Below are positions 1 through 11,500 of a DNA stretch of 64,000 nucleotides, piece after piece; positions within the stretch are counted from its first letter, which is position 1, and every line of letters begins with the position of its first letter. Both the position numbers and the translations under genes were made by a program. Source of the stretch: Amphiscolops sp. MND2022 (taxonomy: Eukaryota). The stretch lies in the NCBI GenBank assembly GCA_964187785.1, contig OZ076419.1:42470001-42534000 (forward strand). Reading direction: 5' to 3'. The notes under the pieces are model-generated. The model saw nothing but the letters and a program-made list of their open reading frames with translations. It was not told the DNA's origin and did not search any database.

Positions 1-859
1 GTGAAACTATGCATTTCATTTGTTAATTTCTTCAGTAGATATTTTTGCTGACCAAGGCTCAGTCAGTTGAAACTCTCCATCACTCAAAATTCTTGAGCAG
101 GAAATCTTGTCACCATCACGGTAATTTTGGTGTCTTGGGAATATTCGGTGTTGGTTATACACTGCAATTTATCCATTTCACTTGAAATTTCCAGAAGTGG
201 CATTTTAACTTTGAGAGGCTCGTTTGCCATATTGACTTCGTTTTGACGGATGAAATTTGACATGTGACAACCTTCTGGGTTGGTAGAGGTTTTGATAGAG
301 TACTGTGATTGTAATATTTCGGAAACATGGCTTGGGAGTAGTTTTAGTAATTGCTGGAAACTCGGAATACGTTATAGTAATTTATTAGTATGGTTAATTT
401 TTAACAAATCCTGGAATATCTGTCAGGATCTGTGCAGATCTGTACAGATTCGCAAGGAGTGCTCAACATGGGTACTAAGACAGCATAGTTTTCCACGTCC
501 GGCAACGACGTTTTTTAATCCAAGCACAGATGTCGTCACGGAGAATTCCCTCCTGGTTTTTGTGTTAAAGCTTCAATCAGGAACCGGTCTGTGTCGTCCA
601 GGGTGTTTGTCCTTCTACAGTTCACTTTTTGAGTGGCAATACATTTCCCGGAGATTTATTCCAGCGATTAGTAACGATCGAAGTTGTCAACAAACTAACG
701 TATGAGGCAGCGAAAGTTCCAGGAGAAAATTTTATTTTACCGGTTTAAGGCTTTGTTCAGCGGACTACTTTACTTTGGCATAAAGACGTGTAAGAAGTTT
801 TGGCCTATATTCGAGGGCAGTTTCTTGGCACAACTAAAAAAAACATTTTTTCAGTAAAA

Positions 860-1330
860 CCTTGTTTTTTGCGGACCAATCACTTTCGTAAATTTTCATC
901 TTGAGAATTGCCCAAATACCTTGATTGGCATACTTGGGGACAGTGTGGAGGGTTCTCATCTTTTGGTATATAACAGATGTTCTGAGACTCTAGCCAGTCT
1001 GTGACTGATCTTCCAAAATGTCCTGTCGCTTCATCTGGACAAACGACTACGTTACTCGTGATTCTTGATTACCAATGACTTGAGATTTTTCTTCAGAAGT
1101 TTCAAATGCACGCCTTGATCAATACAATAACTTGATCAACAACTTCAATTAGAAGGATGTCATGTTTGGAGATTGCGGCCACGTCAAGATTCTCTGGCCG
1201 AAATTTCTGATTCCAGCGTACTTTAAGATTGCTTGATTCAATTTCTTGTCGGTTGAATAATTTTCGCGGTTTCCAGCGCAACTCGTGCCCAATGAACTGA
1301 AGTAAGACTCGTCATCCATGACTAGATTTT
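860..1330 (-). pseudogene. Degenerate Tc1/mariner transposase, ITmD37E-like catalytic domain relic
   Basis: Manual minus-strand translation gives VMDDESYF (~1299-1322), then VVCPDEATGHFGRSVTDWLESQNICYIPKDENPPHCPQV (1050 down to ~930) and, after a frameshift, WAILKMKIYESDWSA. These motifs and the spacing after the second Asp match DD37E transposases. Stops and frameshifts are present. Confidence 0.75.
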
Positions 1331-2376
1331 TGTTCCTAAACCACTTTCTCCGAAGAAATCAAATCCACGTCAATCTAATCAGAAGTGTTATTTTGTTCAA
1401 CGCTATGGAGCTCAAACTATTCAGACGTTTTTGAGGCCTCAAAGTTTATAAAAAAATTATAAGCTATTGGATAACAGGTCTGATTTGTAGGCGAATTGTT
1501 ATCGTGTTGTTTGTTTTGTGACTCTTCTCTTCCGTTTGTCTCGTCGAACTTAATTAAATAGTTCGGTTCAAATTCTTTATATCCATTTGTCGGCTTTTAT
1601 CAAACTTTATCGGAAAGTTGCGCGATTCTCACATTGGGTAGTTTTTTTAGACATCAGGCCCACATTATTGTTCAATTGTTCAACTTGAACTACGAATTTC
1701 CAAAACAAACTCAAAACGTCAGAAACTCGTCCAAAACAAAAACCGACGTCCAGAACCTCGAAAACAAACTAAGAATTCCCCTTTGATTATCTTGGTGTTC
1801 TCAAACTGATTTAATGGGAGTGTTTTCAGCACTATGAGACTTTTTTCAAAAAATTTCCTATTGCACCAAAAGAGCGTTAATTTTTTTTATTTTGAAAAAG
1901 AATGGTTTTTAAAATCGCAAAGCGTGTCCCTTTTTACTTGTTTTAGCACTGTAAGTGACACGCTTCAAAGTTTTTGTTTTTATATGATATTAGGTTTTCT
2001 CACTAAAAACCCACCGATACTTTTTTTTCCAAATCTATCCGTATTTTGGAGGTGGAGGTTCAAAAAATTTCAGTTTATCCGAACGTTTGAACTTATCCGA
2101 ACTATATTGCGTTATACTGAAGAAGAAGGTTCGAAGTCAAGCGCTCCCATTTGTCCCAGCAGGCTATTTGCGAAATGTGGACGTAATATCCGAAATATTT
2201 TGCGTTTTACTGAAGAGGAGCCGTATTATCAAAAAAACGCTCGCGCTTGTATCAGAACTTCTGGAGAAATTTCCGAGCCCTGAAGGAATACTTTGGGTGT
2301 TCAGAAACTTGTTTGCGAGATTTTCATAAAAACGTCCTGTCAGACCTACGTGCAGGCTGCCTTAAAAACCTTGACC

Positions 2377-2643
2377 CTAAGCAATTGAATTTGAATTCTT
2401 GGAGTTCTCTATCATGGCTATCATAAGGTCCCTCAGGTGACTCATTAATGTTTGAAGGGCCTTCAACTTTCTCTCAAAACTATCCTTAATTTCAGCTATT
2501 TGAGACGACACGCTAGAATCTCTTACAGACTCAGCTTCTGCAGCATTGGGTTCGGGCATTGTCGCGGAGTCAAGTGGCTGTGTATATGCTGGTAAACCAA
2601 GCACTCTTCCGTTTCTGAGCTTGACACCTTCTTCTGAACTCAT
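2377..2643 (-). pseudogene. gag: Truncated N-terminal gag-like ORF of a Gypsy-type element
   Basis: The ATG lies ~120 bp downstream of the TG...CA LTR at 2765-3164. It begins MSSEEGVKLRNGR, followed by a coiled-coil-like stretch. No further retroelement domains follow. Confidence 0.5.
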
Positions 2644-2764
2644 ACAACGAACAAGAGACCCTTTTGAGCAAAGACTGGATTGCAGACAAATTTTTGATCA
2701 AATTTTGCTTTACTTTTGATATGCTTCGTTCCAGTCCACTGCACTGCATTAAATTGAATCAAAT

Positions 2765-3164
2765 TGTTACAAACGAATAATGAAGTTGTTGACGATGAAA
2801 CTACGATGAATCGTTGTAATTGTTAGTACTGGGTTAACTTTACTGCTCTATTTCTTTATGAATTCCTTGACGGAAGTGATTCCGAATCAAGAAATGAGTA
2901 GTCAGTTTAGGCTTTAGCAATGGTTCATGAGAAGAGAAAAAAAGCTTGAAAGTGGTTGTAAGGTAGTAACCGTGTAGTAACTAGTCAGACTTTTTCACTA
3001 ATTAGTCACTTGTGACGCCTTTCTTTTTTGGCAAATTGCGTGTCACGCTTGGTTGGTGAGACTGTATTGCTACCCACCGTCTCTTCTCATTGGTTCGTTC
3101 AGCGGGTGTTAATGAGTAGCGTGTGACTACTTAATTCGCAATTTGCCGTTGGATAGCCATAACA
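2765..3164 (-). mobile_element. ~400-bp LTR (5' LTR of the truncated Gypsy), one copy per array unit
   Basis: Termini are TGTTA...TAACA (5-bp inverted repeat). There is no polypurine tract upstream, and the gag-like ORF lies downstream. Copies at ~5668-6067, 8677-9076, 11687-12085, 14695-15094, 17688-18087 and 20592-20990. No canonical TGG primer-binding site (ATTTGATTCAA follows). Confidence 0.65.
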
Positions 3165-4059
3165 TAAATAGTAAATATTCATAAAACATTATATTATACT
3201 TTCAATTTCTACCAGCACAGCATTTCGTCACCATGACGATTTAAAAGCGAAAAGCTTTCAGACCAAGTATAAACAATATTTACATTCGTACGACAAAATG
3301 TGGCACTGATGCCTCAACGCTGAACTAGTGTATATCATTTTCAATCTAGCACAATTACTTTTTTATAGATGAATTTAAGATGAAGTTTCCTCAATTCCCT
3401 GACAAGCAAATTTACGCGGGTTGCGTCAGAGTAGCTTTCTACCAAGTTCTTCTTTGAGTGATATATAATCGATGCTTTTGCCCGTAAGGAAGTGAGAACG
3501 GATGGATGATGAAATTGATGAAAAATATTGACGTAAGAAATGAAATCAACCTATTGATTGTTAAAATAAGTCATATCCGCATATGGATATACTAAGTCAA
3601 AGCAAATACAAATCAGCAGATGGATTTACGATGAAAGCATTTGAGTTCACAGTAATATCATTAGCAACATTCAGAATGATTTTAGGGACGATGTAAAAGT
3701 ATGAGTTTTTTTGCGTTACTACGCAATAGTTTTCAATCAGTACAACCAATACGATGAATTTATGACGGGATGTCACGGCAGTTTCGCTCTGAGGCGGGAG
3801 CTTGCTGCACCCACAGGATAATTCATCCTTTTTACATACGTCTGTACAGTTTTGACCGGAAACTACTCTCTCTTTTATCGTAACACGCCATTATTATCAA
3901 TTAGCACTCGATCTTCGCATGATCATTAGCGGACACGGGAACTAGAGGCTCATAGATAAACAAATAAATGGATAACTCAAACTCAGGGGGCAGATAGTAG
4001 TAGATTACATTTCCATCATGCTGGCGTTGCACGTCCTGAGCATATTTTGAAAATTTGCG

Positions 4060-4106
4060 CTTTTTGAGCCTTAGGTATAGCGCCGACTTGAGACGTTCCG
4101 ACTGTT
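4060..4106 (+). mobile_element. Isolated 3' terminus of the Helentron-like (HINE) family, present in every array unit
   Basis: TTTTTGAGCCTTAGGTATAGCGCCGACTTGAGACGTTCCGACTGTT matches the 3' end of the copies at 26051-26645 and 45255-45790 (subterminal GCGCCGAC, then a hairpin, then TGTT). Confidence 0.7.
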
Positions 4107-4329
4107 CATCATTTAAGATGCTAATTTTGTCTATTTGTTTCAGCTGGATCATGCGGTTTCATGACGTCGTGCGAGAACGCTTTGCTTTCTTCCGCTCAAT
4201 TTCGAGAGGTGATGGTCAAAGGTTCGTTCTTTTATGAAGGTCTTTTTCTTCCCACTTTTTGAGTGTGATTTTCTCTACTTCTTCCATACAAGTCATTGCA
4301 TGTTCTTTGTCACAGGCTCTGGATTACCC

Positions 4330-5000
4330 ACAAACTTTTTGCTTCTCAAAACTGTTAGGCTCATGTGAACTTTCATTGAAAAGTGATAATCTATCGGTCC
4401 ACTGTGTAAGAAAGGTACTTTTGTGTTGTTTATGCACCCTGATGTGCTGATTATTGACAAAACTGTTTGCTTGTTCGGATTAAATATTACTTCTTCACCG
4501 TATATGTGAAGATAGATCTGTTTCGATTCTCATTACTGCTGCCAACAATTCTAATACATTTTTATCGTACTTCGTGTCCGCATAGTTCAAGAATCAGCTT
4601 GTGAATACAATTTGTGGTAAATGTTTGACCTTTTGTTTCTGTCCTAAAATGTCTGTCTTTTTGAGTCTATTGGTGCTCACTTCACACAATAGTCACAAAA
4701 AACTTGCTCATGGTTGAAAAGTGCGCTCGATTATTTCTGAAGTCTGATTATAGTTCGTCAAGATCCGATTGTTTGTTTTCATTACAGTCCCGTTTTTTTA
4801 TTTCTTTTCCGAGTAGGTTCCGCATATTGTCCGTTTTGCTCGAAAGGTTTTCTAGTTGTTTCAATGAGTGTTGGTTAGCTCCTAGGAAAACTATTAGTTC
4901 TTTTTGGTTCTTAGGGGGTTGATTTTTGTTAGGTTGCCGACGTTTGCTTCCGTCGGTTTTATAGTGCTCGTTTATAATGTAACCGTACTGACAACCCATG
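4330..5000 (-). pseudogene. pol: Highly degenerate Gypsy RT-connection-RNaseH relic, present in every array unit
   Basis: Fragments across frames: GYIINEH, PPKNQKELIVFLGANQHSLKQLENLSSKTDNMRNLLGKE, YADTKYDKNVLELLAAVMRIE, LHIYGEEV and FLTQWTDRLSLFN. They follow the order of the Gypsy PKNxKELxxFLG, ELELLAVVW, LYG and RWxxRL motifs. Confidence 0.7.
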
Positions 5001-5383
5001 GTAATTACCCACCAGTGGCCATCGGTGGACCACCGGTGAGGGAAAACTAGATTGGATCGAAGCTTTCCCACCACTATAGCCAAGCCTATTGGCTTTTTCA
5101 GGAAGAAGTCTGTTTTCTTCGTGCTCAGTAACCGGTATTTTGTAACTTTATGAGGATCCTATTCGGCTCTTTTTATGGGCATCACCTGATAGTGTTATTG
5201 GTAATATGCCATCTGGCCATGCCAGTTTCCAAAACTTAGCGTTTCGTTCGCATTTCCGGGGAAGATCGGATGCAGATAAATTACGTTTCAAGAAGGCAGT
5301 TGTTTAGTGCAGCTCCATTCCCTCATATTTTGGCCATTGCGGCATTTTCACGTAGAACAGTTGCAAATGGTTCACCTGTGATA

Positions 5384-5585
5384 TTTTTAGTTGGCGCTTT
5401 TTCTAAGAGAAAAATGTTCGACTATTACAGTGGCTAGTTTTTTCTTTTTCACAGAACTCACCCTGTATGTACCACTTTTTAGTACAGATTTTAGTCTATT
5501 TAGGGGACCCCAGCGGTAGCGGGTTCGAGTCCATGCTTCAGCCAGAAACTTTTTCGAGCATTTGCGAAACCGTTCCCGTCTTGTT
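5384..5585 (+). mobile_element. ~200-bp mini HINE-like element, present at the end of every array unit
   Basis: 5' TTTTTAGTTGGCGC-TTTTTCT-AAG-AGAAAAA-TGTTCGACTA hairpin followed by TTACAGTGGCTAGTTTTTT, as in other copies. The 3' end is CCGTTCCCGTCTTGTT. Confidence 0.65.
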
Positions 5586-8500
5586 CGTATTATTTTGTGA
5601 TCAAATTTTGCTTTTATTTTGATTTGCTTCGTTCCAGTCCACTGCTCTGCATTAAGTTGAATCAAATTCTTACAAACGAATAATGAAGTTGTTGACGATG
5701 AAAATACGATGAATCGTTGTAATTGTTAGTACTGGGTTAACTTTACTGCTATATTTCTTTATGAATTCCTAGACGAAAGTGATTCCGAATCAAGAAATGA
5801 GTAGTCGGTTTAGGCTTTAGCAATGGTTCATGAGAAGAGAAAAATGGCTTGAAAGTGGTTTTAAGGTAGTAACCGTGTAGTAACTAGTCAGACTTTTTCA
5901 CTAATTAATCACTTGTGACGCCTTTCTTTTTTGGCAAATTGCGTGTCACGTTTGGTTGGTGAGACTGTATTGTTACCCACCGTCTCTTCTCATTGGTTCG
6001 TTCAGCGGGTGTTAATGAGTAGCGTGTGACTACTTAATTCGCAATTTGCCGTTGGATAGCCATAACATAAATACTAAATACTCATAAAACATTAATTTAT
6101 ACTTTCAATTTCTACCAGCACAGCATTTCGTTACCGTGACGATTTAAAAGCGAAAAGCTTTCAGACCAAGTATAAACAATATTTACATCCGTACGACAAA
6201 ATCTGGCACTGATGCCTCAACGCTGAACTAGTGAATACCATTTTCATTCTAGCACAATTACTTTTTAAAGATGAATTTAAGATGAAGTTTCCTCAATTCC
6301 CTGACAAGCCAATTTACGCGGGTTGCGTCAGAGTAGCTTTCTACCAAGTTCTTCTTTGAGTGATATATAATCGAGGCTTTTGCCGGTAAGGAAGTGAGAA
6401 CGGATGGATGATGAAATTGATGAATAATATTGACGTAAGAAACGAAATCAACCTATTGATTGTTAAAATAAGTCATTTCCGCATATGGATATACTAGGTC
6501 AAAGCAAATACAAATCAGCAGATGGATTTACGATGAAAGCATTTGAGTTCACAGTAATATCATTAGCAACATTCAGAACGATTTTAGGGACGATGTAAAA
6601 GGATGAGTTTTGCGTTACTACGCAATAGTTTTCAATCAGTACAACCAATACGATGAATTTATGACGGGATGTCACGGCAGTTTCGCTCGGAGGCGGGAGC
6701 TTGCTGTACCCACAGGATAATTCATCTTTTTTACATACGTCGGTACAGTTTTGACCGGAAACTACTCTCTCTTTTATCGTAACACGCCATTATTATCAAT
6801 TAGCACTCGATCTTCGCATGATCATTAGCGGACACTTGAACTAGAGGCTCATAGATAAACAAATAAAAGGATAACTCAAGCTCAGGGGGCCGGGATTAAG
6901 TACAACAAAACGTAGAGTTGCGCACAACCGTAGATCTTTTTATATGACTTCATATTGCGCATAAGCAAGTACGTATAACATAGCATTTGTACTACAGATA
7001 GAAGTAGATTACATTTCCATCATGCTGGCGTTGCACGTCCTGAGCTTATTTTGAAAAATTTGCGCTTTTTGAGCCTTAGGTATAGCGCCGACTTGAGACG
7101 TTCCGACTGTTCATCATTTATGATGCTAATTTTGTCTATTTGTTTCAGCTAGATCATGCGGTTTCATGACGTCGTGCGAGAACGCTTTGCTTTCTTCCGC
7201 TCAATTTCGAGAGGTGATGGTCAAAGGTTCGTTCTTTTATGAAGGTCTTTTTCTTCCCACTTTTTGAGTGTGATTTTCTCTACTTCTTCTATACAAGTGA
7301 TTGCATGTTCTTTGTCACAGGCTCTGGATTACCCACAAACTTTATGCTTCTCAAAACTGTTAGGCTTATGTGAACTTTCATTGAAAAGTGATAATCTATC
7401 GGTCCACTGTGTAAGAAAGGTACTTTTGTGTTGTTTATGCACCCTGATGTGCTGATTATTGACAAAACTGTTTGATTGTTAGGATTAAATATTACTTCTT
7501 CACCGTATATGTGAAGATAGATCTGTTTCGATTCTCATTACTGCTGCCAACAATTCTAATACATTTTTATCGTATTTCGTGTCCGCATAGTTCAAGAATC
7601 AGCTGGTGAATACAATTTGTGGTAAAAGTTTGACCTTTTGTTTCTGTCCTAAAATGTCTGTCCTTTTGAGTCTATTGGTGCTCACTTCACACAAACGTCA
7701 CAAAAAACTTGCTCATGGTGGAAAAGTGCACTCGACTATTTCTGAAGTCTGATTATAGTTCGTCAAGATCCGATTGTTTGTTTTCATTACAGTCCCGTTT
7801 TTTTATTTCTTTTCCGAGTAGGTTCCGCATGTTGTCCGTTTTGCTCGAAAGGTTTTCTAGTTGTTTCAATGGGTGTTGGTTAGCTCATAGGAAAACTATT
7901 AGTTCTTTTTGGTTCTTAGGGGGTTGATTTGTGTTAGGGTGCCGACGTTTGCTTCCGTCGGCTTTCTAGTGCTCGTTTATAAGGTAACCGTACTGACAAC
8001 CCATGGTAATTACCCACCAGTGGCCATCGGTGGACCACCGGTGAGAGAAAATTAGATTGGATCGAAGCTTTCCCACCACTATAGCCCAGCCTATTGGCTT
8101 CTTTCAGGAAGAAGTCTGTTTTCTTCGTGCTCGCTCGGTAACCGGTATTTTGTAACTTTATGAGTATCCTGTTCGGCTCTTTTTATGGTCATCAGCTGAT
8201 AGTGTTATTGGTAATATGCCATCTGGCCATGCCAGTTTCCAAAACTTAGCGTTTCGTTCGCATTTTGGGGAAGATCGGATGCAGATAAATTACGTTTCAA
8301 GAAGGCAGTTGTTTAGTGCAGCTCCATTCCCTCATATTTTGGCCATTGCGGCATTTTCACGTAGAACAGTTGCAAATGGTTCACCTGTGATCTTTTTAGT
8401 TGGCGCTTTTTCTAAGAGAAAAATGTTCGACTATTACAGTGGCTAGTTTTTTCTTTTTCACAGAACTCACCCTGTATGTACCACTTTTTAGTACAGATTT

Positions 8501-11500
8501 TAGTCTATTTAGGGGAACCCAGCGGTAGCGGGTTCGAGTCCATGCTTCAGCCAGAAACTTTTTCGAGCATTTGCGAAACCGTTCCCGTCTTGTTCGTATT
8601 ATTTTCTGATCAAATTTTGCTTTAGTTTTGATATGCTTCGTTCCAGTCCACTGCTCTGCATCAAATTGAATCAAATTGTTACAAACGAATAATGAAGTTG
8701 TTGACGATGAAAATACGATGAATCGTTGTAATTGTTAGTACTGGGTTAACTTTACTGCTCTATTTTTTTATGAATTCCTAGACGAAAGTGATTCCGAATC
8801 AAGAAATGAGTAGTCAGTTTAGGCTTTAGCAATGGTTCATGAGAAGAGAAAAAAGGCTTGAAAGTGGTTGTAAGGTAGTAACCGTGTAGTAACTAGTCAG
8901 ACTTTTTCACTAATTAGTCACTTGTGACGCCTTTCTTTTTTGGCAAATTGCGTGTCACGTTTGGTTGGTGAGACTGTTTTGTTACCCACCGTCTCTTCTC
9001 ATTGGTTCGTTCAGCGGGTGTTAATGAGTAGCGTGTGACTACTTAATTCGCAATTTGCCGTTGGATAGCCATAACATAAATACTAAATACTCATAAAACA
9101 TTAATTTATACTTTCAATTTCTACCAGCACAGCATTTCAATACCATGACGGTTTAAAAGCAAAAAGCTTTCAGACCAAGTATAAACAATATTTACATTCG
9201 TACGACAAAATGTGGCACTGATGCCTCAACGCTGAACTAGTGTATATCATTTTCAATCTAGCACAATTACTTTTTATAGATGAATTTAAGATGAAGTTTC
9301 CTCAATTCCCTGACAAGCAAATTTACGCGGGTTGCGTCAGAGTAGCTTTCTACCAAGTTCTTCTTTGAGTGATATATAATCGATGCTTTTGCCGGTAAGG
9401 AAGTGAGAACGGATGGATGATAAAATTGATGAATAACATTGACGTAAGAAATGAAATCAACCTATTGATTGTTAAAATAAGTCATATCCGCATATGGATA
9501 TACTAAGTCAAAGCAAATACAAATCAGCAGATGGATTTACGATGAAAGCATTTGAGTTCACAGTAATATCATTAGCAACATTCAGAATGATTTTAGAGAC
9601 TATGTAAAAGGATGAGTTTTGCGTTACTACGCAATAGTTTTCAATCAGTACAACCAATACGATGAATTTATGACGGAATGTCACGACAGTTTCGCTCTGA
9701 GGCGGGAGCTTGCTGTACCCACAGAATAATTCATCCTTTTTACATACGTCGGTACAGTTTTGACCGGAAACTACTCTCTCTTTTATCGTAACACGCCATT
9801 ATTATCAATTAGCACTCGATCTTCGCATGATCATTAGCGGACACGGGAACTAGAGGCTCATAGATAAACAAATAAATGGATAACTCAAACTCAGGGGGCC
9901 GGGATTAAGTACAACAAAACGTAGAGTTGCGCACAACCGTAGATCTTTTTATATGACTTCATATTGCGCATAAGCAAGTACGTATAACATAGCATTTGTA
10001 CTACAGATAGTAGTAGATTACATTTCCATCATGCTGGCGTTGCACGTCTTGAGCATATTTTGAACATTTTCCGCTTTTTGAGCCTTAGGTATAGCGCCGA
10101 CTTGAGACGTTCCGACTGTTCATCATTTATGATGCTAATTTTGTCTATTTGTTTCAGCTGGATCATGCGGTTTCGTGACGTCGTGCGAGAACGCTTTGCA
10201 TTCTTCCGCTCAATTTCGAGAGGTGATGGTCAAAGGTTCGTTCTTTTGTGAAAGTCTTTTTCTTCCCACTTTTTGAGTGTGATTTTCTCTGCTTCTTCCA
10301 TACAAGTGATTGCATGTTCTTTGTCACAGGCTCTGGATTACCCACAAACTTTATGCTTCTCAAAACTGTTAGGCTCATGTGAACTTTCATTGAAAAGTGA
10401 TAATCTATCGGTCCACTGTGTAAGAAAGGTACTTTTGTGTTGTTTATGCACCCTGATGTGCTGATTATTGACAAACCTGTTTGATTGTTAGGATTAAATG
10501 TTACTTCTTCACCGTATATGTGAAGAAAGATCTGTTTCGATTCTCATTACTGCTGCCAACAATTCTAATACTTTTTTATCGTATTTCGTGTCCGCATAGT
10601 TCAAGAATCAGCTTGTGAATACAATTTGTGGTAAATGTTTGACCTTTTGTTTCTGTCCTAAAATGTCTGTTCTTTTGAGTCTATTGGTGCTCACTTCACA
10701 CAAACGTCACAAAAAACTTGCTCATGGTGGAAAAGTGCGCTCGATTATTTCTGAAGTCTGATTATAGTTCGTCAAGATCCGATTGTTTGTTTTCATTACA
10801 GTCCCGTTTTTTTATTTCTTTTCCGAGTAGGTTCCGCATGTTGTCCGTTTTGCTCGAAAGGTTTTCTAGTTGTTTCAATGGGTGTTGGTTAGCTCCTAGG
10901 AAAACTATTAGTTCTTTTTGGTTCTTAGGGGGTTGATTTTTGTTAGGGTGTCGACGTTTGCTTCCGTCGGCTTCATAGTGCACGTTTATAATGTAACCGT
11001 ACTGACAACCCATGGTAATTACCCACCAGTGGCCATCGGTGGACCACCGGTGAGAGAAAATTAGATTGGATCGAAGCTTTCCCACCACTATAGCCCAGCC
11101 CATTGGCTTCTTTCAGGAAGAAGTCTGTTTTCTTCGTGCTCGCTCGGTATCCGGTATTTTGTAACTTTATGAGTATCCTATTCGGCTCTTTTTATGGTCA
11201 TCAGCTGATAGTGTTATTGGTAATATGCCATCTGGCCATGCCAGTTTCCAAAACTTAGCGTTTCGTTCGCATTTTCGGGGAAGATCGGATGCAGATAAAT
11301 TACGTTTCAAGAAGGCAGTTGTTTAGTGCAGCTCCATTCCCTCATATTTTGGCCATTGCGGCATTTTCACGTAGAACAGTTGCAAATGGTTCACCTGTGA
11401 TATTTTTAGTTGGCTCTTTTTCTAAGGGAAAAATGTTCGACTATCACAGTGGCTAGTTTTTTCTTTTTCACAGAACTCACCCTGTATGTACCACTTTTTA

